Positions 53,701 to 64,000 of a stretch of 64,000 nucleotides of DNA are shown here, piece after piece. Numbering within the stretch: the stretch's first letter is position 1; every line of letters begins with the position of its first letter. The DNA comes from Takakia lepidozioides (Eukaryota; Plantae; Bryophyta): contig CM060734.1 of NCBI GenBank assembly GCA_030704615.1, forward strand, positions 39,308,001 through 39,372,000, read 5' to 3'. Below the pieces are notes generated by a model. That model worked only from the letters and a program-made list of their open reading frames with translations. It had not been told where the DNA came from and made no database searches. Position numbers and translations under genes: made by a program.

Positions 53701-56700
53701 TGAAACAGCTGCAGGAATCTCGTGACCATTATCATGAAGAGAAGAACCTGCATGTGGTAGTCAAGCAGCAAGAGCTCGAGCGGAGAGAAAGAGATTCAAT
53801 TTGGAAGTCTGAAAACTACCAGCTCAACCAGGTGCGCTCTTTCCTCTAGATTTTAATACATACGATCTCAACACATTTTGGATCCTTATCATAGGTGGTT
53901 ACTCGCTTAAAACCACAATTAAACTCCTTGCTTAAGGATATACAGATTGGTCGTCTTACATGCCGATGTCAAATATGGCTGTTTGCAAATCCCAATAAGA
54001 TACCAATTGGGACCAAATTTTTCTTAGCCCAGACTCTGGGACAGATGTATCAGATTTCATGTGATATACATATTCACATGCGAGAGGAAAAATTACTCAT
54101 TTACACCCGGTCATTGCTTCTTAAGGTGGTGCGCATGCTGGAGAAACAACTTCATGATTCAGTGGCGGAGCAGTCAGAAGTGGGGAAGAGAATCAGGAAA
54201 CTGGAAGGCATGCAGATCGACCTGGCCCAGTCTTTTGAGGAGGTGCGCAGCAGCACCGGGGACCTTGAAAAGACAGCAGCCAATTGGCTTCCCAAGTATG
54301 AAGCAGCAGCACGTATTGTGAATGATGTTTCTTCAAAAATGGAGCGGATGGAAGAGAAGTTTCAAGGCATTTGTTGTGATGAAAGCCTTATGAAGCAGAT
54401 TGCGCAGGTTGCAGAGTCCAAGGTACAGGGTTTGAAAGACAAGGTGTCCAGCGCCAGCTTGAAGGACATAGGCTCACAGCTTAAGGGCCTTTTTGAGCGA
54501 GTCGAGAATGGGGACCGCGCCCACTGCCAGGTGTGGCTCCACACCCATTACGTTGCATCTCCACTAAGGCCAATGGCTGCAATTTCTGGCAGCAACCTTT
54601 TGGCTCTGCATTTCAACCATTCTCTACTGCAAATACGTTGTTGACTAGTGTGATGTGACTACTTAGCTGGGTGTCTTTTGATTTCCAAATCTATGCCTCC
54701 ATTTTGACACAAAGAGAGTTGCTGGCAGGGTAAGCCTGGTAGAGGTTGGGCTCCATATTGCCACTGAATGCAAATGCATGCTCTTCTTTGAAATCTGTGC
54801 AATGTTCATTTGTCAGGCAATCTCGGTGTTGGAGACTAGAGTAAATGTGCTGGAAAGTTCAGTGGGCCACACAGAAGCCAAGGGACAGTCACTGAAGCTG
54901 GAGTACTTTGAGGAGGGGGGCAGGCCCATGGATGGGAATATACCAACCATGGGCAGTTTGAGCCTAAGTGTTGAAGCCTTAGAGAGGTGCAGAAGCTTGC
55001 TGTTCTCTCTCATTTCTGTTCTCTTTAGACCTTCTAAAGTTTTTTATTCCTTCTCATGTGGAGATAACGAATTTCTCTTCTTGGTCTGTTTGTCATGTTC
55101 TCTGTCTCTTGATCCCTCTGCAATTCTGAGTATGCCAAGTGACATTCCAAGTAATGTAGTTCAGTGTAAGGTGCCAGCAACTGGCCAAACACTTTCAAAG
55201 TATACTTTCAAATGGCCTTCACAGTTGGTAGTAGCTCTTTGCAAAGCAGATGTTTTTTGGTTGTTGGAATGTACCAGTTCCATTGTACATGAGCAAATCT
55301 ATGAGAAAATGAGGAAGACGCTACACTTGTTATGTCTGCACAGGAGAATGGAGATGATAGAAGCAGAGCACAATGATACACTGGCAGTGGGATTGGGTTC
55401 AGTCCTGGATTCTAGACTAGTTGGTTTAGAAAGCCGTCTTGAGCACGTGGCATCTGCAACCTTCACTAATTTACGGTATTTCTCATCCGTTCAGGATTTT
55501 GAGGTCCAAAAGATTACTATAGTGGCAGAAGTGCTTTGCCATGCTGCAGTGGAGTTTTTGCCGTTTAGTCTAGCCATCCACTATGCCTTACCCCATTGTG
55601 AAGCTAGGAGCATTGTTTGGGTCTTCAGGGGCCCTGGGTGCACTTGAAGCAGCCTTCAAACAGTGCCCACCTCCTGGAAGGAGGCCTTACCATTCAAGGA
55701 TAGTAAAACAAGTTCCAGCATGTGCGAGTCTTTATTGGCTCAAGTTACCACAAGTATCATAGGATACATTTTTGGCTACTTCATAGCAGACCCTTCTAGT
55801 GCTGATCAATGTAGTCAAATGAATATATACAGAAGTAATAGGATACCAGAAGAGGAGCATGGCCTCCCCCTATATGTAGATTTCTTCTGACGGAGTGGTC
55901 GTGATGTGGACAGACTGCTTGATAGCAAAGTTGAGCACGTTACAGTTGGAGTGCAATCTGCACTTGAAGGAGCAGCTATGGCAGAGAACAAGTGTGGTGC
56001 TCTAGGAGCAGAGCTGGTTAAGGTATTTCGAATGCTGACTGCTTGTAAGCAATCTAGCCCACATTACCGACAGAATAACAGGCATTCTCCTTCCAGGAAT
56101 TGTGGTCGACGTGGACGAAGTCATTCACCCCCTGCAAGGACCTTTGGCCGGCATGTGGACTCTCGCAGCCAGTCTCCTCCTTCCAGAACCAGTGGTTACT
56201 TAAATTCCTCTCCATCCAGGACTAATGTTCACTCACTGATGAGGCGATCAGGCATACACATCTCCCCCAGCCGAATTCGGACGTGCTGCAAGAGAGGGGT
56301 GAGAGGGCGGGCCGGGGAAGCAGAATTTGCGAAAGGAACTCAGTCCTCCGAGATGAGGAAAGCCACTACACGGCAGGAGAGGGACAGGCCAGATGGAGGT
56401 TATTCAGGTGCATCAGAAGGGGGAAGCCCTACGAAAAGTAGATGGAATTACCTTCAGAACTTTCCCCCTGAAAATGAGAAAGAAGTGTTTGTAAGGGAAT
56501 GTAAACTGCATGGCCAGGCTCTAAGCGTGGTTGATGAGTGCAACCAAGGAGACAATTGCAGCTTAGATGGTTGCCTTACAATTGAGAAACGGCAGGAAGG
56601 CTCTACCAACAACTGTCAAAGAACAAACATTCGGTTAGAAGCTGGCCGTATACATGTGAATGTCAGTCACCATTCAGGTCTTGTGAATCAGTCAGAGAAG

Positions 56701-56730
56701 AGAGCAGACTTGATTGCAGTCCAATCATAG
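44768..56730 (+). CDS. Large (~2,160 aa) coiled-coil protein of unknown function with N-terminal USP8-dimerisation/AMSH MIT-like segment
   Basis: Phase-consistent exons 44768-45536, 45792-47743, 47896-48228, 48818-49084, 49534-49638, 50052-50348, 50847-51119, 51759-51938, 52179-52508, 53096-53377, 53667-53831, 54126-54530, 54817-54986, 55344-55475, ~55896-56730; E/K/R/A-rich helical exons; intron 2 and last-exon boundaries uncertain. Confidence 0.75.
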
Positions 56731-58221
56731 GGCCCAGGAGGTTCCCTTTGAGTATTGCCAAAAACTGCAGACGAGTTGTGCAGGACAGCTGAATACAAAT
56801 GCTTGGACTTCCTTGCTAGGGCAAGTACAGGTGCAGCTTGTGGACGCATCCACAAGCAGTACTGGTTTTTGGAGGAGGTAAAGACTCGTACTCAATCCGA
56901 TCCAACTCCATGGTATCTTCTTGTGACAAGCTGCCTAAGACGGAGATCCACAGAAGTACCAGAAGATTAAAATTGAGACCACCTGACCTTCTTAACAAGA
57001 GATTGGTTTGAAGTAGCTGCATGTGCGCAGTATGGCTCCGCTGTTAAGAGAGCATTGGGGACAAGATTAAATGGATTGAGTGGGGGAATGGGGCCCCAAT
57101 AGAAAGTCGTTGAAAGGCTTTGGGAGGAATGGCATTCCATTCAGGCGACCTGTCTGTGCAGCAAAGGTAATTTAGTAGGCCCTTTGGGGTGACAAATAAG
57201 TTTTCATGAGTACAATCTTATGTGGTACTTCTTAAAAGTTTATATGATTGAACACTTCTCTGAATGGACACCAATGGTAAGGTCAATTTCTATGAAGAAA
57301 CCTTTTATTTTGGGATCAAGTTGATATAGCAAAGTTCTCTCTTGAAAAGTACCTGTTCCAGTTAAGCTCTAAACGGTGTCAGGAGATTAAGGTTCTAACT
57401 CTCTTCTACTTCTGCAGGTACTCGTTGGATTCACGTTTCTCCTCCTTTTCCTTGACAACTTCCACATGCTGGAAGGAAGCTGATTTCAAGTGATTGGTAG
57501 GTTTGTCAAACCAGTCAAATCAGGGTTAGGAGCAAGCTTGTGCAGCTATCGTTGGCTGGGTAGTCCCAATGCTTCAATGCTGTGCTTTGTTTGTATATTA
57601 CAGGGCTGAGGGTCAAGTGCCTGGAAAACTAATCACCTCTGTAGTGGTAAGCCAAATGATCAAGGTCAAAATAGTAAGTAGATTGGCAATTTGTTAGGCC
57701 AACCCCGGGTCTCAAATGCAGTGATCCAATGGATAGGAAATTTACTGTTTCCAAAAACAAGCGAATTGAATGAACTTTGAAGGTGGCATTATTTCGAAGA
57801 TTACCATGCAACAAAAAAATATCATGGAGCAAATTCCCATTTACTATGCTCTTGTATTTAGAGGCATCTACCTATGTCTAGGTACTGGTAAAGAACAAAA
57901 TTGCACTTCACTTGGGTGCATAAACAAATCCACTTTGCAATGAGGAGAAATGGGAAATAACATTTCAATAAAGATAGCAGGCAAACTTGGCCATAGTACC
58001 AATAAGGTCCCTGAAGTGAGGGTATACTTTACTCTATCCCAAGTCCTACTAGGGACATTGAGTGGAGAGAGAATTAATGGCTTGCATACATCTCCATCTA
58101 ACTTGCGCTAGTAATCTACATGTTGCTCCAAGAGTTTCGATGGCAAGTAGAGAGCCTATCGACATCTTTAAAAAGAAGCTGAACTCTTTCAAGTTCCCCC
58201 GTTTCACATCTCTAACAAACA

Positions 58222-61200
58222 TTATTTTGGACGGAATGAATGTTGGATGACAAGGGGGGGCCGGAGGGCTTTTCTCTTCATCTCAGCCAGAAGTCGAGCT
58301 TTGTACATTTCTTCAGTTTCCACTGACACAAGCCGCTTCACCTGAATGCCATGTATTCTCCATTGTCAGAAGTCTTCAAAACAATTAACTCTCACTTGCT
58401 TGTTGCTATTCCTACACATCGCACCATTACTTCTGCCAATCATCACAGATTAACTAACAGCGCCTTGAGAATAACAAACATCTATGGGACTGCAGAGGTT
58501 GTAGCCGAAGACAAGCTGGCATAAATCTGCTTTGCTAAACTCCAGAACTTAATTTAATTGTCTGCAGCTTATGTTAGCCCAGCCAAACCCTGCAACTATG
58601 AGGATTAGGCTCAACAGTTTGTGGCACTGGTTTTTGGTTTTGCATTTTGACTGCTCCTCACTCTCTTAATAGATGCCAGGCCTCATTCTACTGCTGATTA
58701 TGGAACCATGATATCATGCAGAGGATGGCACATCAAGTGATAATGTCTGTAGGCATTTAGAAAGCAAAACTCCATGAGACAGCCACTTAAATAGTGCTCA
58801 TCACCAGCCAATGGCATCTGGTTGCTGGTTGCAGATTGAGGTTGCTTTATGGGATGCATGAGGGAACAAACCCTGTAACAAATCCTCTGGCTCTATAGCT
58901 TGCAACAGATGTGACAAGCATGACTGTGTTGTACTGTCAGTCGCTGTGTTCAGAATCTCTTTTTTTCTCTCTCTCTGTGATCCTCAAGGCTACAGCAAAC
59001 GTCTTATGAGTACATTCTCTCTGTGATCCTCTCCCTGCCCACTAGGAAGCTTATTGCCATAGTGTGGACATGATATGGGAGTAGATAAATGTCTCTGTGA
59101 CCTCGTGCCTTTGTTTGTTTTGACCTGAAGTACTCTGCTTCGGGTAAGGTAGTACATTGGATGTAGTTGGAGGGAATGGGGCCTCTCCCTCTTTAAAATA
59201 TGTCTACACAGGCCATTCCCTATAGCTCCTTTGGAGTGATGATCTCTGAATGGTAACAAGTGGATCCCTACCACTTGGGGGCAGCCCCTCCGCTCAAAGT
59301 GGGCAGTTGCATGCTCTGTCTGGCATGCTCAGCACCTTTTCCCTTGTGTTTAAACATCTAGCCTGCTAATTGTGAAAATTCACTTCATGTGTAGATTTTG
59401 GGGTGAATCCCAGGACGGATGATGTGTCATTTAGACCTACTTGCTCAAACCTAGGCTTGGATCATGTGGCTGATGGCACCATCTCAAGACTTGGTATCAG
59501 AGGTGCATTGACGATGACAATGTCTAAGAATGCTACAAGTAGAGATTCACTTCAAAGTAATCTCAGAGAAGTTTGACCCTTGACTGGTTGGAGAGCGGTT
59601 GTAGACATTGGTGATTCGCTGAGGTGCTCAGGGAAGACTGTCACAATAAACTGAAAGTTTCCAATCTGTTTGATGCCCTGGAAGAGGTTGCCCCAGAAGA
59701 AGCAGACATACCTACACATGCAGGAATTGATCAACCAGTGAATGAAGGATATGGCATGCTCAATGGCATGCCAATTCTCAAAGTCTACACGAGACGATCA
59801 AAGCCTACACACAATGAAACAGACCCACCAATGTAGAACTGCAGGATGCCTAGGGGCATTCAAAAGCCACCTATGCATAAAGCTGGTCTGCGGCTGGGCA
59901 CCTTTAACTTCTGTGGGCTAACTAATATCTCAAAGGGTTACAACGCACCCATTAGCTCTTCTGAGGTCGTGGAAGCTGTAAAGCATCTAAGCCGCTACAA
60001 AGGAGGGATACTTGATGGCATTGTCAATGAGCTAATTAAGTATAGTGGTGATCCTATGGTACAGGCCCTTTCCCTTCTCCCACAGCTGCTTTTTTGGATG
60101 CTACAAGCTCGCACCCTCGCTTCTCTCCACAGCTGCTCTGCCCATTTGCATACTACTCTAGTGTATACGTGGCCACACATCTTCACTCTAGTATATGCAC
60201 TACATAGTATAGAATACAACTACACAGTGAATGTTAACACTATAATACTAACATGATTTTGAGTTTGTGGTGATTAGGCATTTGAGGTGGACTTTCTTTA
60301 ACCTTATTCGGCAGACAGAAGTGATCCCCTTTCGTTGGAGACAGGGGTGTCAACCTGTATAAGAAAGACAACAGAGAAGAGCCTGGAACTATCACGGTAT
60401 CACGCTTCTTAGTGCAGTTGGCAAGCTATTTTGTATGATTACAAGCACCCACCTCGAGGTTGATCTTGAGTCTAGAGGTGGTTTTCATGAAGGCCAGGCT
60501 GGCTTTTGGAGACATAGGGACAGCACTGACCATATTTTCACTCTAAGTCACATCATGCAGGGAATGGAAAAAGAAGAGAGAAGTGTGACTCCTTTGATAT
60601 TGATCACGGTGTAGCACAAGGTTGTACCATCTCCCCACTGTTCTTCAATGTTTTCATTAATCAGCTTCTTGAAGATGTGGAAAGTGAGGGGTTTGAGCTA
60701 AAGGTGGGGATGCCACTATACCAGCTCTTATGTTTGCGGATGACTTCACAGGCCTAGGGGATACCCCATCCAATCTCCAGGAGCTGATTGATTGTGCCAA
60801 GAGCTTCTAGGCTAGAAGCTAATGTTAGTAAATGTGCAGTGGTGGCATTCGACGACCATGGGGGAGCGTGGAGGGGATCTCAAATGGAAATGGAGTGACA
60901 AAGAGATCCCTGTACTCCCTTCCTACATATATCTTGGTGTTGAGTTTTTCCTCCAACCGTAACTGGGATGTGCATGTACAAAAGTGGTTCAGCTAACGCA
61001 AAGCTTTGTTTCTTTTCTTTTTTTAAATTTTTTTTATGAAAGGGAAACACCTGGGAGCGACAGCTCACAAATCAGGCCCCTTGATATAGAGAGAGGAGAA
61101 AATAACCTCTCAGTAACCTCGCCGTAAGGCTTTCCGATGTGACGCCTGCGCAGAGAGGGGGAGAAGAGTGTACCACACCCGTCAAGTAGCAGGATTTGAC

Positions 61201-63210
61201 CCCAGGGTCATCCGGATGGCACTCAGTGCACTTTACCAACTGAGCTACTGACTGTTGGTAAAGCTTTGGGCCTCAATAAAGTTTTTCTTTTTCACTGCAG
61301 AAGGATTAACACTTAAGGTAAAAGGACCATGCTTCGCAATGTTAATAGGGCAGCCTTGGAGTACGCATCTGCTGTGTGGGTCGACAATTCCAATCATGCT
61401 AAAACTCTAGAATCCATTCAGGCCGTGGTGCTCAAAGAAAGCATGTCGGCTTGTTCTAGAACAGCTAATGTTGTTTGGGGCAAGTTCGACATACCTCCCT
61501 TAAGCTCTCGACACGATAAATTCAAGGTCAGATGGTTGGGTCAGTTGAATTGCATGCCTGATACCACATAGCCTAAGATAATCAATGCTATTTTTTAAAC
61601 AGGCCAAGTCTTGGCGGAAAAGGGTAAAAGAGATTTTCAAGTATCTGAATCAGTCCAGAAGAATTGATCCTACTAATCGACCCTACTGGATGAAGCTGAC
61701 CTGGAGGGGGTTGTGTCCAAAGCCATGTCTGATGCCCAAAGACTCTCTGATGTTAGGCATAAAACTTCCCTGAACTTGTTTCCAGTCTATGACATGGGTG
61801 AGGACCTTAAGGATCTCAAGGGCCAACCTACCCTTGGCACTAGACTGAAATTTAAACTCAAGGCGGGAAGCCTATCTTTGAACAACAAGCAGATGCAGAG
61901 AGGAAGAGAAGATTGTAATTGTCGAATTTGCAGGCAACCTGAAGACAATATCCAATTTCTGATACATTGTCCAGGGTATTCTCACCAGAGAGTGACCCTC
62001 TTCAGGACGATCAAGAACACTGTCCCGGCACCTCTGTTCACCAACTTCCAAATCTTGAGGCTGAGCCTAAGCCCTTGGACCTGTTGGGGTCTAACTTTTG
62101 GGCTACTCACACACAGCAGCTTGATGCTTGTCTGAAGGGCTTTCTAGAGGATATATAGAAAGCCTGTACTAATTATTTATACCAAGGTGAGGTGCACCAC
62201 TACCAGAGTGAGCCCCTCACAAAGGTAGTTTCTGGTCCTTATTGTTCGCTTAAACTGGGCACAGGGTCTATGGCGACAAGGCTATGACAAACGTCGTCTT
62301 ATGAGTACATTCTCTCTCTTTGGGAGATAGTCAGTGCCCGATGTGCAGGTGGCCTCAAGACAATATCCATTTCTGGATACAATGTTCTCATCAAAGAGAA
62401 ACCGTCTTCAAGAACATAGTCCTGCCCATGTTTTACCATCTTTCAATATCTCAAGGTTGAGCCTAAAACCCTGGCCCTGTTGGGATCTAATTGCTGGGTA
62501 GCTCACACACAGCAGACTAGAGGAAATCTGGAAATCCTGAACCAATTGTTTATACCAAGGTAAGGTCAAGGCCAGAATACATTTAACTTTCAAGTTAAGT
62601 CCTACCCAGTCAAACGTGCTGGCAGACCTCATTCTGCTCTACTCCTGTTCCCTTTCCCTCTCATCCCCGTTTCTGTTCTGGGACTTGGCAGAGCTACAAG
62701 CTCCGGCATTCAAAGTCTACTGAGACGTATCTAATCGCAAAGAGTAAAAACATTTAGCAATATAATTGAGGCATTTGAAGAGCAAATAAAGTTCCTGCCA
62801 AAACCTATGTACCCGAGAGTAAGCAGATGTAGAAATGAGACTGTGTTCTCACCACTCGGTCATTCCTCACCGCAAAGCCAGAGAGAAGGTCCCTTTTTAC
62901 AAATGAAATATGAGGAGATGTATGGGGTCTGACGAAAATTAATCCTGCATAGCTCCCGAAGCTTGCACACTCCCTCCCCTCTCCGCCTCATACCGAACGA
63001 TTTCCTGATATGTGTTAGGGAGGAGGGATAGAGAGTCACCTGATTAATCATGCCACGAATTGTGGGGGTATTATCCCGAAAGACAGTGTGATGGCGTTTG
63101 CGAAGACCCAGAGACTGCATTGTTCGACGATGCTGTTGTCTTGTTCCAGCCAGCCCTCTGACCATCTGTATTGCCAGGCGCGCACTCCAGGCCGGTGCCT
63201 GCCCTGCCAT
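58222..63210 (-). CDS. RPL30: Bacterial-type (probably mitochondrial) ribosomal protein uL30, 96 aa, 2 exons
   Basis: Exon 1 63040-63210 (VRGLAGTRQQHRRTMQSLGLRKRHHTV..NTPTIRGMINQ); exon 2 58222-58341 (VKRLVSVETEEMY..ALRPPLVIQH..*); GT-AG phase 0; 4.7-kb intron. Confidence 0.9.
58986..59015 (+). mobile_element. 30-bp extreme 5'-truncated LINE 3' end
   Basis: AAGGCTACAGCAAACGTCTTATGAGTACAT matches the 3' ends of the LINEs at ~29822-29853 (rc) and ~62278-62310; 16-bp TSD TCTCTCTGTGATCCTC. Confidence 0.8.
59022..59500 (+). mobile_element. Possible LTR + PBS remnant
   Basis: TGGTATCAGAG at ~59488 after a ~460-bp non-coding stretch starting TGTGA; no partner LTR seen. Confidence 0.35.
59560..62320 (+). 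mobile_element. Decayed LINE, same family as 29818-31176, in the uL30 intron
   Basis: LRLGTFN, PISSSEV..GILDGIVNELIK, NYHGITLLS, EGQAGF, GVAQGCTISP, MFADDF, LGTRLKFKL, CRIC..ED..FLIHC; ends GTCTTATGAGTACATTCTCTCTC; 5' boundary approximate. Confidence 0.85.
61009..61259 (-). mobile_element. tRNA-derived SINE inserted in the LINE
   Basis: Minus-strand head with A-box TAGCTCAGTTGGT and B-box GGGTCAAATCC; A-rich tail; 9-bp TSD AAAGCTTTG (61000-61008, 61260-61268); empty site in the other LINE copy (~30878). Confidence 0.9.
62330..62570 (+). mobile_element. Additional degenerate 3' fragment of the same LINE family
   Basis: aagacaatatcca.tttctg, tcaagaaca, gagcctaa, ctcacacacagcag, tttataccaaggt repeat 61940-62190. 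Confidence 0.65.
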
Positions 63211-63890
63211 ATTGACAAACTAAGTAGACGTAGGTCAATTCAATGTCTACAACTAGAAGGAGAGGTCAGCTCGTTGCATAAATAAACCGGATTTACCGAT
63301 TTTCTGCAGAAGACATCCCAAGGGGTCCTGGATGAGAATGGGCAAGAGCGTAATGTGAGAGAGGAAGACAAGAAATCGTAATACAAAATTGCAACACGGA
63401 AACCCTAGTAGGTACCCTAAAACCCCCACATCCATACCTACAGTGGTACAGCAGTTGGGTTTACGAAATATCGGGGGCGGGTTGATCAACGATCGAGTCG
63501 AGGAAGTTTTAGCAGGTGGGTTCTCTTTATCACCAACATTTCTCTTGCTACAAGTGCCCATTGCCGTGCTGGTATACCCATCTTCGGTGGCAGTTTTGCG
63601 TGCCTGCATGTCTTTTGCAAGGATCCGAAGTTGTCGCATTCCCCCACTGTTATTTCATCCCAAGTTTCCTAGCACGGTATGGGGGTTCTAGTTCACTTCA
63701 GTTGGATGCTTAGTAGACGTTTCCTCAAGGTTGCTATGTGAAACAGCCACCGGGCAGTTTCTCAAGACAATGTGCGTAACGATCGATCGAAACTAATGTA
63801 GGAGAGGCATGTGCCCCTGTGTCAAACTGCACTAAGAGGTGATTTATATGGGTGTTTGATGGATGCAGAGCACACATATTGAAAGGGGAG

Positions 63891-64000
63891 ATGGCAGCTG
63901 TGAAAAATTTGAAGATTAAGACAGGCATCTGCCGGCGCGTGTTGAAGGAGCTGCAATCGTATGTGACTGAGGTGGACCGCGAGTCTGCCAAGACCTCGTC
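63891..64000 (+). CDS. TFCA: Tubulin-folding cofactor A, N-terminus (runs off window)
   Basis: MAAVKNLKIKTGICRRVLKELQSYVTEVDRESAKTS matches the TBCA N-terminal pattern LKIKT..CxRxxKELxSY..EV. Confidence 0.88.
   Translation, partial: MAAVKNLKIKTGICRRVLKELQSYVTEVDRESAKTS

Noticed and set aside
61185-61259. tRNA gene
   Set aside because: A/B boxes present but no convincing acceptor stem; joined to a SINE body, tail and TSD
63253-63991. ORFs 63253-63639, 63389-63691 and 63734-63991
   Set aside because: Lie in the uL30/TFCA intergenic or UTR region or antisense to TFCA; no domain signal

Overview
Eukaryotic nuclear DNA from a land plant, probably a non-seed lineage (inferred from TE content and intron style only). 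Five spliced host genes were reconstructed by hand: eIF3h (minus, 12 exons), alpha-SNAP (plus, 9 exons), a ~2,160-aa coiled-coil protein with an AMSH/USP8-type N-terminus (plus, ~15 exons), organellar-type ribosomal protein uL30 (minus, 2 exons), and the start of tubulin-folding cofactor A at the right edge. Much of the rest is decayed, nested transposons, many with readable termini and target-site duplications (TSDs). These include a full-length copia carrying two solo LTRs and an inversion between its own LTRs, and a TRIM-like mini LTR element just upstream of alpha-SNAP. A Helitron-like element (OTU-like, PIF1 helicase and endonuclease remnants) hosts a CACTA (itself hosting a LINE) and a half-tRNA-primed copia (itself hosting a MULE-like insert). 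LINE and SINE copies also fill the uL30 intron. All identifications come from motif recognition by eye; no searches were run.
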